64,000 bases of DNA from a virus (lineage: Duplodnaviria; Caudoviricetes). Shown in pieces: positions 37,687 to 47,158 of this stretch (positions within the stretch are counted from its first letter, which is position 1; every line of letters begins with the position of its first letter). The notes under the pieces are model-generated. The model saw only the letters and a program-made list of their open reading frames with translations. It was not told the origin of the DNA and made no database searches. The stretch spans positions 1-64,000 of the IMG/VR virus record IMGVR_UViG_2825118518_000002; one strand, 5' to 3'. A program made the translations under genes and the position numbers.

Positions 37687-38013
37687 ATGGCAAACACAAT
37701 CGAATCCCCGGTCAGCTCTCTCGGCGAATCCTTCGATGTCGCTCTGCTCGATTCCGCTCGCGTCTTCGCGGTCGATGTCGCCGCCGACACCACTGTAAAA
37801 CACACCCTTGGCAGCACGACCACGCTCATCACGATTGCTGTCGGTCTCGACGCGTCCGCAGCTGCTCTGACCGTCGTCCGTGGCTCCTCATACGATGCCG
37901 CCAAGGCGTGGCCCCTGATGCCGGGATATTTCCCGTTCGGTGTGCCGGGTGGCAGCCGTGACATTCATTTCAACGCCGCGGCCGACACGGTCGTCTACGT
38001 CATGGAGAACTGA
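37687..38013 (+). CDS. Small beta-rich virion protein (possible head-spike base)
   Basis: 108 aa directly after capsid gene. Confidence 0.55.
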   Translation: MANTIESPVSSLGESFDVALLDSARVFAVDVAADTTVKHTLGSTTTLITIAVGLDASAAALTVVRGSSYDAAKAWPLMPGYFPFGVPGGSRDIHFNAAADTVVYVMEN

Positions 38014-38018
38014 TCTAC

Positions 38019-39188
38019 ATGATGGTTCCGAACGTCATTGGCTTTGGAGGGAGCGGTCACGAATTCACCGCCGACGATCTGCTGAACCTCGAAGTCGAGG
38101 CGCTGGAGACAGCTGCCGGCTCCGAGGACGTGATTGTGCGCATCACCGACGGCCTGCGACTTCTGACGACGCGACAGATCCTTGCTCAAACGCTCTCGGC
38201 TGCCGGCACCCTGACAGGAACGGAGAAAGTCGTCCTCAGAACCGCTTCCGGTCTCGTCGAGACGTCGCTCGCACTCATTCGATCATTCGTATCGCTTGAT
38301 CCCACCAAGATCCGCATCAAGAAGCGGCTTCTTACACGCCTGTCGGATGGCGGCGATCACTGGATGTGGACGGCCTCGGGCACAGCGAACCGTCAGATCA
38401 TCCTCGATATCGTCAAGGCGAACTTCCTGACGGCTGCAGAGCAGTCCCTTGCGATCGCCGAGCACATCGATTGCAAGCTGTGGGTCTGCTCGGGTGGCGG
38501 TGGTGGGGGTTATAACCATGCTCAAGCATTCGGCGGACATCCAGGCAACCTGACGATCCGCGAGTTCAAGCTTTCGGACGTGCCGACGGCTTCATGGTCA
38601 TTTCAGGTCGGCGCAGGCGGATCCGGCGGCAACGTGGGCGGAGCCAGCTATTTTGGTCCTAATGGATCTGTCTGTCACGCATTCTCGCAGGGCGGCTGGC
38701 CGGGCGGCCAAGGCACGGCCAATCAGGGCCTTTTCTACGAGCTGATGAAGTCTTACGGGGCTGATCGCGTCCTCGCGACGCATCTTGGAGACACGGCCAA
38801 CGACTGGACGTCGAACGCACCTCATGGATGGGTCGGCCCCGGTGGTGGTGGCTCTCAGATCTGGGCGCTTCGCCGCGGCGGAAACGGTTCGATGGGATCC
38901 AAAGTCAACTTCCGGCAGGGATCTGTCGAATCCTCGACGGTTTCCACCTCACGGACGTACGACGCACCAAAAGGTCAGGACCACAATCCTCTCTACGCAG
39001 ATTCATGGGGCGCAGGCGGCGGAGTTGGCGTTGGAGCCACCGTCGGACCTAACGGCCCAGGAGCTGGTGGCTTTCCGGGCGGTGGCGGTGGCGGATCAAA
39101 CACCACCAACCAAGCGCAGATTGCCTGGGGGGCGGCTGGCGCCATCAAGATTCAATTCTGGCTGACAACGATTGAGGTGACCGCATGA
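38019..39188 (+). CDS. Glycine-rich fibre protein
   Basis: SGGGGGG, VGAGGSGG, GFPGGGGGG repeats. Confidence 0.75.
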   Translation: MMVPNVIGFGGSGHEFTADDLLNLEVEALETAAGSEDVIVRITDGLRLLTTRQILAQTLSAAGTLTGTEKVVLRTASGLVETSLALIRSFVSLDPTKIRIKKRLLTRLSDGGDHWMWTASGTANRQIILDIVKANFLTAAEQSLAIAEHIDCKLWVCSGGGGGGYNHAQAFGGHPGNLTIREFKLSDVPTASWSFQVGAGGSGGNVGGASYFGPNGSVCHAFSQGGWPGGQGTANQGLFYELMKSYGADRVLATHLGDTANDWTSNAPHGWVGPGGGGSQIWALRRGGNGSMGSKVNFRQGSVESSTVSTSRTYDAPKGQDHNPLYADSWGAGGGVGVGATVGPNGPGAGGFPGGGGGGSNTTNQAQIAWGAAGAIKIQFWLTTIEVTA

Positions 39189-39430
39189 GCGATCCTTTCG
39201 AAAACCGATTCCTGGTCGTCGGCGAAGACGCCACAGTGATCAATGTCGTCGTTGGATATGTCGACGTACCCAAGGCAGGAATGATCGCACAGACTGCTGA
39301 GACGGGTATCGTCGGCATTGGATGGGTCTTTAACGCCGACGAGACCTTCACTTCACCGGGCGGCCCCGTTGCCGCGCCGATGCCCGATTACCTGAACTCT
39401 GCCCCTGCAGAAGAAGCTGCGGAGGCCTGA
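39185..39430 (+). CDS. Small fibre-associated protein
   Basis: VINVVV...GIGWVF..TFT pattern; ATGA-coupled. Confidence 0.65.
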   Translation: MSDPFENRFLVVGEDATVINVVVGYVDVPKAGMIAQTAETGIVGIGWVFNADETFTSPGGPVAAPMPDYLNSAPAEEAAEA

Positions 39431-39431
39431 C

Positions 39432-41525
39432 ATGATGGTTCCTAACATCACATCCACCGGAACTGGCGGTGGCATTCCCGGACAACGAGGCAAAAGCGCT
39501 TACGAAGTCGCCGTCGACAACGGTTTCGATGGCTCCGTGGTCGAATGGCTCGCTTCCCTTGAAGGTCATGACGGCGCGAGCGCCTATGCGGTTGCCGTCG
39601 CAGAAGGCTTCGATGGCTCGCAGGCCGAGTGGATTGAATCCCTGAAGGGTGAAGCCGGGGTTGGGCTCACCAATCGCGGCGCCTTCGTACTGGGATCCTC
39701 CTATTCGCCGTCGGACTATGTATTCGCCCCCGGCAATTCCTCTCCGACGTCCATGTTCATTTGTCAGGCATCGGGGCCATTCGTGGCCTCCGTCGCGCCG
39801 GCTGCCGATCCCGATCGATGGGTCGAATTCTCTGCTCCCGCGGGTGCCGACGGTTCGGACGGAAAATCCGTGGAACTGCGTAAGACCTCGACCGCGATTC
39901 AATGGCGCCAGGTGCCCGACGGCAACTGGGCCGACCTTGTACTCCTCGCCGATCTCGAAGGAACCGACGGCAAGTCCGTTGAACTGCAGAAGACATCGAC
40001 CGCCATTCAGTGGCGGCAGACTGGGGGCGTATTCGCCGACCTCGTGACGCTCGCCGACATCACCGGAACGAGCGGCCGCGATGGAATCGACGGTGCCCAG
40101 TATGTCGTCAGCACCATGTCGACCGTCACGCTACCATCAGCTGTTACTGCGATCCGTGCAGGCGGTTATTACACTCCGGGTGACGGCGGGGCGGCCCTTT
40201 ATAAGGTCGTTGCAAGCCAGCCTGCGCATGGTGGCAAGTTCCAAACCGCGGATTCTCGGTGGTGGGAGCTGCAGGCATCGGGCGAGGTCTGGGCACAGCA
40301 ATTCGGTGCGAAACCGGAGGCTGGTTTCAACAACTCGCCCGCGATCAACGCCGCTACCGATTTCCTTGTCTCTAAGGGTGGTGGCTACATCAAGTACGGC
40401 CCTGGCGTCTATGAGCTCGGTGCCGAGGTCACCCTGAAGTCTCGCGTCGTTCATAGCGGCGTGGGTCGGCGTGTGACGTGGCTGCGGCGGAAAGACGGAT
40501 ATCTTGGCGACCTTTTGAAGACGCAGGACTTTGACACTCTCTGGACAGGCGACAGCGCCAACGGCCCGAACCGTTTCGGCATCGAACACATGACGATCCA
40601 CGGGCGGAAGGACCAGAACCCGACGTCCACCGGGTGGAACATCAGGATCTACGGCCGCGCATATCATATCCGCGACGTTGACTCCGAATACTGTTGCAAC
40701 GGCGGCTACTACAGCCGCTGGGGTTCGGTTGCTGCGGCGTGGGACAACGACACGACAGATAGCGCTGGTGAGTGCTTCATCGACGAATTCTTCGTGCAGT
40801 TCTCGCGTCAATGGCCCATTTTCGACGGCCCCCACGATAGCCAGATCGGCCGTATGCTGGTGTCCATGTCGCGGCACTTCATGGATGCGCTTCAAGGATC
40901 AAGCACGTTCGAGATCGGACCTCGCGCTTCCGGCTCGCAGTTTGCTCAGTTGCATTGTTGGGGCGACAGTCCGGAATGGTGCCTGACACAGTACGCGCAG
41001 GCGATCTCCATCAGTGATCTCATCCTCGATGATGCTCGTGCGGGCACGGGTCTCACGGGCGGCGGATTGCTGAAGATGCTCGGCTCAGACTGCTTCATTC
41101 AGGGCCGCGGCGTCCAGTGGGGAAACGACAACATTAAGGGTATCCAGCTCGGTCAGCCGGGCACGGCGACAGCGCAACGGAACCGCATCACGATGCTCCT
41201 GACATCGGTACCAGCGGTGGCCATCGACTTCTCTGACGACGGCGGCAATGACATTGACCTCACGGTGACAGCATATTCGTCGACACTGAACTGGACCGGA
41301 ACGCGTCACGCGACGACGACGTTCAAATACACGGAGCGCGGAGGTGGTGCTGGCACGAACGATATTTTCAGCAAATTCGGCGCTCTGCAGATTACCCGTC
41401 AGTCGATCAAGCTCGACCCGCGCAGCAGCACCCCGACGGACCCGTGGGAAGATGGCCTGATCTACTACGACAGCTCGTTGCATAAAGTGCGCGTGTATTC
41501 GAACGGCGCCTGGGTGAACCTCTGA
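39432..41525 (+). CDS. Spike/fibre with collagen-like repeats and pectate-lyase-like beta-helix (putative depolymerase)
   Basis: SAYEVAV..GF.G...EWL.SL repeats, DGKSVEL..T.TAIQWRQ x2, QFGAK..NSPAINAA..YGPGVY. Confidence 0.8.
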   Translation: MMVPNITSTGTGGGIPGQRGKSAYEVAVDNGFDGSVVEWLASLEGHDGASAYAVAVAEGFDGSQAEWIESLKGEAGVGLTNRGAFVLGSSYSPSDYVFAPGNSSPTSMFICQASGPFVASVAPAADPDRWVEFSAPAGADGSDGKSVELRKTSTAIQWRQVPDGNWADLVLLADLEGTDGKSVELQKTSTAIQWRQTGGVFADLVTLADITGTSGRDGIDGAQYVVSTMSTVTLPSAVTAIRAGGYYTPGDGGAALYKVVASQPAHGGKFQTADSRWWELQASGEVWAQQFGAKPEAGFNNSPAINAATDFLVSKGGGYIKYGPGVYELGAEVTLKSRVVHSGVGRRVTWLRRKDGYLGDLLKTQDFDTLWTGDSANGPNRFGIEHMTIHGRKDQNPTSTGWNIRIYGRAYHIRDVDSEYCCNGGYYSRWGSVAAAWDNDTTDSAGECFIDEFFVQFSRQWPIFDGPHDSQIGRMLVSMSRHFMDALQGSSTFEIGPRASGSQFAQLHCWGDSPEWCLTQYAQAISISDLILDDARAGTGLTGGGLLKMLGSDCFIQGRGVQWGNDNIKGIQLGQPGTATAQRNRITMLLTSVPAVAIDFSDDGGNDIDLTVTAYSSTLNWTGTRHATTTFKYTERGGGAGTNDIFSKFGALQITRQSIKLDPRSSTPTDPWEDGLIYYDSSLHKVRVYSNGAWVNL

Positions 41526-41890
41526 TGGTAGCCCGCATCTTCGCCCCACTCCCTCGGATCTTCATGCGCACCTTCTCGGAGCCGGCACCCGCCACGTGGG
41601 TACGGCATCGAGAGGATGGCAGCACTGCATCCGACAATCTGCAGGTCATCTTCAATGCGTCCTCGACGATCGCTGACGCTGACGGGATTTCCATGCTGAC
41701 CGGAGTACCAACGGCTCGGTGCGCTGTCGCTGACGCCCTGAGGCTTGAGCCGACCAGATCTGATGGCAAGCAGGAGAACATTTTCCGGAACGAAGGTCGC
41801 GATGAGCTGGTCATCGGAGGCCGGGCGTACGATGTCGAATCTTGCAGCGGGGATGGGTACGGTATGCTGACCATCGTCCTTAAGGGATAG
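41525..41890 (+). CDS. Head-tail adaptor (gpFII-like)
   Basis: DELVIGGRAYDV...DGYGM..IVL. Confidence 0.7.
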   Translation: MVARIFAPLPRIFMRTFSEPAPATWVRHREDGSTASDNLQVIFNASSTIADADGISMLTGVPTARCAVADALRLEPTRSDGKQENIFRNEGRDELVIGGRAYDVESCSGDGYGMLTIVLKG

Positions 41891-41899
41891 CGAGATCGC

Positions 41900-42358
41900 A
41901 TGCCGCATGTCCGTACGCAGCTCAGGAACGCCGTTAAAACCCGGCTCTCTACCGTGCCCTCAATCAAGAGCGCGCAGAACGCCAGCCGTTTCCTTCGCAA
42001 GTTTCAGGACGACAACCTTCCCATCGCTCTTGTCGGCGTTTCGGAAACCGTCACGCAGGCTGCCGGCAGCATGATCGGCCAGCAGCCGCAGACCAGGTCA
42101 TACACTATCCATGTCAGGCTCGGCGTACACGGAGACGATGATGTCGAAGATCGTCTCGAACAGATCGCGGTCGATGTCGAGAAAGCGCTTCTGTTTCCGG
42201 TGACCGGGATCGGAAAGATCTCGAACTGGAAATATGCGGGAGCCGAAGACCTCGCCCCTGCCGAGATCGAGTGCGGCATCCTGTGCTCGCAGCTGCTCAC
42301 CTACACCGCGGACATCTGGACGCTCGACGCCGAGCCCGACCGCAATCTTCACGCCTAA
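41900..42358 (+). CDS. Tail terminator protein
   Basis: HVRTQLRNAVKTRL..LPIALV..VEKAL; precedes tail tube. Confidence 0.75.
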   Translation: MPHVRTQLRNAVKTRLSTVPSIKSAQNASRFLRKFQDDNLPIALVGVSETVTQAAGSMIGQQPQTRSYTIHVRLGVHGDDDVEDRLEQIAVDVEKALLFPVTGIGKISNWKYAGAEDLAPAEIECGILCSQLLTYTADIWTLDAEPDRNLHA

Positions 42359-42375
42359 TTCTTTGGGAGAACAAA

Positions 42376-43170
42376 ATGGCAACTTACCCCATCAGACAAC
42401 TTACCTCTATGCAGCGCCTCATGGGTGGTGCCGGACTTGTTCGCGCGCATGGCGACCAGAAGTGGACGAAAACAGGTCCGATCGAGACTGTAAACCTCAC
42501 TCCGAATATCACCGTGCAGCCTGTCTACAGCAACGAATGGGGCGACAGGCGCCTCCTGCGGAACATGACCACCACAAAGGAAGCCACACTTGAGCTGACC
42601 GGAATCCAGATGTGGACGGAATGGCTGTACGAGGCGTTGTTCATGTCGAACCACAAGTACAAGACACAGGCCGCTGTCGTGACGGCTACGCTGGAAGTCG
42701 AGGATGTCGCGGCCGGGACTGTTGTTACGTTGCCTGGAATCAACGGCACGATCACTGCGATCGACGATGGTGCTTCCGGCGATCCGGTTGAATACACCGA
42801 AAACGTCGACTTTATCTTCCATCCATCAACGGGAACGATCGAATTCCTAAAGGTCCCCGCGGGCGCAGCCGCTGATGCCACAGTTCGTTATTCGCTGCCG
42901 GCCGTCACCGAAACTGCAGGACTCCTTGATCTCGAGATCATGGAGAACAGCGGATGGCGCGGTGAGTTCATCTACATCGGCGTGACAAAGGACGGAAACG
43001 GCACGGAAGTCAAAATGCACCTCCCGGATGTCGAGTTCCGCCCCAACGGCGCCATTGCAACTGGTGACACTGCGAACCCGAACGTCGGTGGTCTGACGGG
43101 ATCGGTCTATTCCACGCCCGACCACGGCTACGGCACCATCCAAGGCCTCGCTAAGATCGTGAACGCCTAA
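42376..43170 (+). CDS. Major tail (tube) protein
   Basis: Position, RBS GGGAG, Thr/Gly-rich beta composition; palindrome 43178-43199 follows. Confidence 0.8.
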   Translation: MATYPIRQLTSMQRLMGGAGLVRAHGDQKWTKTGPIETVNLTPNITVQPVYSNEWGDRRLLRNMTTTKEATLELTGIQMWTEWLYEALFMSNHKYKTQAAVVTATLEVEDVAAGTVVTLPGINGTITAIDDGASGDPVEYTENVDFIFHPSTGTIEFLKVPAGAAADATVRYSLPAVTETAGLLDLEIMENSGWRGEFIYIGVTKDGNGTEVKMHLPDVEFRPNGAIATGDTANPNVGGLTGSVYSTPDHGYGTIQGLAKIVNA

Positions 43171-43230
43171 TCCTTCGGGAGCCGGAGATCTCCGGCTCCT
43201 TCCCCCACGCATGCAATCAAGGAGGAACGC

Positions 43231-43794
43231 ATGTCCAATCCCGAATTTTCAGTCCGCGATCTGCTCGCGTCCGTTCAGCATCGTTATGAGGCCGTCGAAA
43301 TCGTTCCCGGCGCGTCTGCAGAGCTCCGTGCCCCGACGATTTCCGAAATCTGCGCCATTGTGGCCGATCACGAAGATCTGCTCCGTCTGTTTGACGGTCT
43401 GCCTCCGGCGGAAAGCCAAGATCGCGCCGTTCGCGACCAGCATATTGTCGTCAATCTCTTCCGCCGCACGCCGCTCGCTCTTGCAGCCCTCGGTGCCTGC
43501 TCGTTGGGCAAGCCCAACGACCGCGAAACGATCGACGGCATCCTCGGCGCTCCGGATGACTTCCAATTGAACCTCGCCGTCCTCGCATATTCGATGATGA
43601 TCAGGGAATACGAGGGCGTTCAGGGCCTTTTTACTCGGGTCCTGGCGCGAATGGGCGAGCTGGGACTGAAATCGCTGCAGACGCTTATCTTAACGATCTT
43701 GGACTCGACATTGCCGACGGCCCCGTCGATCAGCCTGCCCCTGTCGAAGCCGAAAAGCCAGAAGACGAAGGCATCTGGACGGAAAGCGGCCTGA
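43231..43794 (+). CDS. Tail assembly chaperone (gpG); -1 frameshift product gpGT would end at 44009
   Basis: Between tube and tape measure; open -1 frame 43560-44009; C CTT TTT at 43626-43632. Confidence 0.8.
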   Translation: MSNPEFSVRDLLASVQHRYEAVEIVPGASAELRAPTISEICAIVADHEDLLRLFDGLPPAESQDRAVRDQHIVVNLFRRTPLALAALGACSLGKPNDRETIDGILGAPDDFQLNLAVLAYSMMIREYEGVQGLFTRVLARMGELGLKSLQTLILTILDSTLPTAPSISLPLSKPKSQKTKASGRKAA

Positions 43795-44012
43795 GACTGG
43801 ACGGAGTTTTCGTCCATATCCTGAAGCTGGCGCTCGAATACGAGATCCGCACCGGGCGTAGCGGTCTCGATTTCACCGTCGGCCAGCTTCTCGCCCGTGT
43901 CGGCACGATGAAGGAGATGGATAAGGCGAAAACCATCGACACCGCGCGATCAGTGGCCGTGGGGATGTCCGGAGAAGAGAAGGCGTGGAAGACGCTGACA
44001 GATAAGTGAGTA

Positions 44013-46622
44013 GTGATGACCACAACGCCGGAAATCAAAACGAAATTCACACTCGAGGGGCTTGAGAACGCCACCGCGAGATTGCGTTCGTTCGGTCGAT
44101 CTTTCGGTCTTGTGATGCTTGGCGTCCACAAGGATACGACAGCGTTTAAGAACCCGTTCAAAGGTCTCGACCTGTCCTTGCGGAATATTGAGAACCACGC
44201 ACGGGCGAAAGAGGTCGCGAAGGTTGGAGCAAAGGCGGCTTTCACTGGTATCAAAATCGGAGCACTCGGCGCGGCGGTCTCGGTCGGCGCTCTAGCACTG
44301 AAGTTCGCGGCCCTTTCCAAGGTAGCCGTAGACTCAGCAAAGGAGACGGCTGCCAGCCTCAAGCAAATTGGCCTTGATGCGGACAAGATTGGCGCATCCC
44401 CGCAGGATGTGAACGTCCTCGGTTTCGCAGGCGAGCGCAGCGGCGTCGATCGCGACGAGATTATCAACCAAATCTCCACGATCTCCAACGAATTCTTGAC
44501 CGTTCGTGACAACATCGGGAAGGCTAACTCTGCCTACCAGAGTTTCCTTGGCATGCAAGCCAAGCAGGCCGCACTCGGCGCTCGTGTCGGCGGCGCGGCT
44601 GGATTTGGATCTGTACTTTCGGGTTTCTCGGAAGCCGACCTCCAGGCTCGAACGCAGTCGATCACGGCAATCGAGGCTCGCCTTCAGCAGATCGACGAAT
44701 ACCAAAACCGCATCTCGGTCGAGCGCCCTCACTACGGCGGGATCGACCCAGACACGCTCTCTCAAGCCGGAAATCTGGCACTCGATAGAGAGCGCCAGCA
44801 GCTCCTTGCCGCCCAGTCCCAGTACAAGCAAGGGCTTTCGCCTCAGGGTCAGGCGCTTACCGAACTCCAAGGCTTCGGGATCGATTTCGACCGCGCGTCC
44901 AAGGGTGGCGTGGACGGTCTTGTTGCGATTAGTGAGGCTTTCCAAAGGATTCAGGATCCCGCGCAGAAAGCCCGAGTTGCTATGCGTCTCTTCGGCGAAG
45001 ATGCCGGAACGAAAATGATCCCGCTGTTGAACGGCGGCAAGAAAGCGATCGACGAATACCGTGAGACGTTGAAGCGGCTCGGCGGAGAAGTCACGGCCGA
45101 AGACGTTGAGAAAGCAAAGGCCTATGAGAACGCTGTGCAAGATATGCAGACGGCGATTGGTGGGATTCGACTCGAAATCGCTCGGAATCTTCTGCCATAC
45201 CTCACAGAAACCTCGGTACAGCTCACGAACTGGTTTGTGAAAAGTCGTGTAGCGATTGCGAAATACGCTACTGGGGCGTTTCTTGATCTTAGGCAGTTCA
45301 CGACAGACATCATCAGCATCATTGGCGGCGACACGGACGATATCAAAACGAAATGGCTCGATTCCCTCGTCAAAAAGTCTGCCGAGCTGGTGCCGTTGTG
45401 GAACGCGATTAAGGCGACCTGGTCTGATGCCATCAAGCAGGTCTCATTGCTGTGGAACGGCAAGGATGCCGACTACGCTTGGCTCAATACGCTTCGAGAC
45501 GGCGCCATCAGCGTTAAGAACGTCATTATGGACGTATGGGCGCAGATCGTACACCTCGTGAAAGGCGAAAACACCGACTATGCGTGGCTCAACAAACTGC
45601 GTGACGGAGTGGTGTGGTTCTCTTCGCACCTCGCCGACGCCTTCGCGCTCTTTCGGAAGACGATGTCCACAATCGCAGACGTCGTGAATCCGATTCTGAA
45701 GATCTTCCACACAGATTTAACCACGACGCTGCTGTTCGTCGGAATGCTCCGGTTCTCTGGACTTCTCGGGAAAGTGGCCCTCTCGCTCGTTGGCTTAAAA
45801 AGATGGGCTCTCGGTTCGTCGGTAGCAACTGAAACCACCGCGGCATCCGTGGCAGGCGGTGCCGCCGCCGAGGCTGCTACTGTCCAGTCATCCGCCGCTA
45901 TTGCTGCGGCAGCTACGGAAGCGAAAGTGGCATCCAGGGCGGCGACCGAAGGCGTCAAGGGTATTGGCACCGCTGCGACCGGAGCAGTCCCGAAGATCCG
46001 GTCGCTTGGCTCCTCCTTCGCCGCAGTTGGCAAGACTGCGGCTGGATCCCTCGCGAATGCTGCTAAGGCCGTTCTCGGATCCGTCGGCGGAATCAAGCTC
46101 GGCGTCGACGGCATCCTCAACGCCCTGCTCCTCCTGCCTGTCGTAGCAACGACGACATATACCCTCGGCCAGCAGTTCGCGGCTTGGATGCTGAAAGACG
46201 TTGAAGCCGCGACGGACAAGGTGATCTCGGCGCAGGCAAGGCTTATGGCTGTGCAGGGGAACAATGCACTGTATGAGCGTCTTGGCATGCGCGACGACAG
46301 CGTCAGGACCAAGGGAGCACAAAAGCTCGTTTATGGCGACCAGATGGGCATTCAGGCTCCCGATCCGACGTATTACATGACCGCGGCTCAAAAGGCTCAG
46401 TATTCCAAGGAACTCATGAATGGGTTCATGGGCTGGGACAAGAACTACGACGGGGGCGACCTCGGTGCGCTCGCACGCGAGTCCGAGGCTCGTCGTGGTG
46501 CTGTCTCGAAGCGCGTTGCCGTCGATATCAACGTCAACGGTCGCCCGACGACGCTCTACGGAGACGATGTGTCTTCGACGCAGCTCACACGCGACCTAGA
46601 GTACGCAAATAGGAGCTACTGA
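44013..46622 (+). CDS. Tape measure protein
   Basis: 869 aa, Ala-rich helical; AMRLFGEDAG..MIPLLNGG motif. Confidence 0.9.
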   Translation: MMTTTPEIKTKFTLEGLENATARLRSFGRSFGLVMLGVHKDTTAFKNPFKGLDLSLRNIENHARAKEVAKVGAKAAFTGIKIGALGAAVSVGALALKFAALSKVAVDSAKETAASLKQIGLDADKIGASPQDVNVLGFAGERSGVDRDEIINQISTISNEFLTVRDNIGKANSAYQSFLGMQAKQAALGARVGGAAGFGSVLSGFSEADLQARTQSITAIEARLQQIDEYQNRISVERPHYGGIDPDTLSQAGNLALDRERQQLLAAQSQYKQGLSPQGQALTELQGFGIDFDRASKGGVDGLVAISEAFQRIQDPAQKARVAMRLFGEDAGTKMIPLLNGGKKAIDEYRETLKRLGGEVTAEDVEKAKAYENAVQDMQTAIGGIRLEIARNLLPYLTETSVQLTNWFVKSRVAIAKYATGAFLDLRQFTTDIISIIGGDTDDIKTKWLDSLVKKSAELVPLWNAIKATWSDAIKQVSLLWNGKDADYAWLNTLRDGAISVKNVIMDVWAQIVHLVKGENTDYAWLNKLRDGVVWFSSHLADAFALFRKTMSTIADVVNPILKIFHTDLTTTLLFVGMLRFSGLLGKVALSLVGLKRWALGSSVATETTAASVAGGAAAEAATVQSSAAIAAAATEAKVASRAATEGVKGIGTAATGAVPKIRSLGSSFAAVGKTAAGSLANAAKAVLGSVGGIKLGVDGILNALLLLPVVATTTYTLGQQFAAWMLKDVEAATDKVISAQARLMAVQGNNALYERLGMRDDSVRTKGAQKLVYGDQMGIQAPDPTYYMTAAQKAQYSKELMNGFMGWDKNYDGGDLGALARESEARRGAVSKRVAVDINVNGRPTTLYGDDVSSTQLTRDLEYANRSY

Positions 46623-47158
46623 TGGCTGAGTTCGAAGGACACACCAAACTTCTCTGCCCGGCGCTCGGGATCGGATGGCAGACGGCGTTCAATCTCAGCG
46701 TCGAGATGCAGCCGATTTCCGGATCCGCGATCATGACCCGAGATTGGAACGGTAAGATGGTCAACCTCGCCGATCCGATGTTCCGTCTCTACGCCATCCG
46801 GATCTCATCTGGTGCCGACGACCTTCGTCCGCCAGCGCTGGCTGGGATGTGGCCGGGGGAGGTTTTCACCGTGGTCCCTCCTTCCGAACTCTGCGTCGTC
46901 ATCCCGGTCGGTAGCTCGACAGCCATTTTCCCGAGGCAGATTCATACCGCCCGCGCCATCACTCTCGGGTTCGACCATGTAGCGATGACGTTCGCCGACA
47001 AGACGGCTACGCTCTCGGCTCCGGCGACAGAGGTCGTGCGCGTCTATGCCACGATGGAGCACGAAGTCATGGTCATCGAGCCTTGGCAACAGACCTTCCG
47101 TGAAGCGGAAGCCCAGTATTCGTGGCAGATCTCCACCGAAGAAGTCGGAGGATTCTGA
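46622..47158 (+). CDS. Distal tail protein
   Basis: Follows tape measure; TRDWNG.MV.L motif. Confidence 0.65.
   Translation: MAEFEGHTKLLCPALGIGWQTAFNLSVEMQPISGSAIMTRDWNGKMVNLADPMFRLYAIRISSGADDLRPPALAGMWPGEVFTVVPPSELCVVIPVGSSTAIFPRQIHTARAITLGFDHVAMTFADKTATLSAPATEVVRVYATMEHEVMVIEPWQQTFREAEAQYSWQISTEEVGGF

Noticed and set aside
39858-40090. Diversity-generating retroelement template/variable repeat
   Set aside because: Repeats are adjacent in-frame protein repeats of the fibre, and there is no reverse transcriptase in the window
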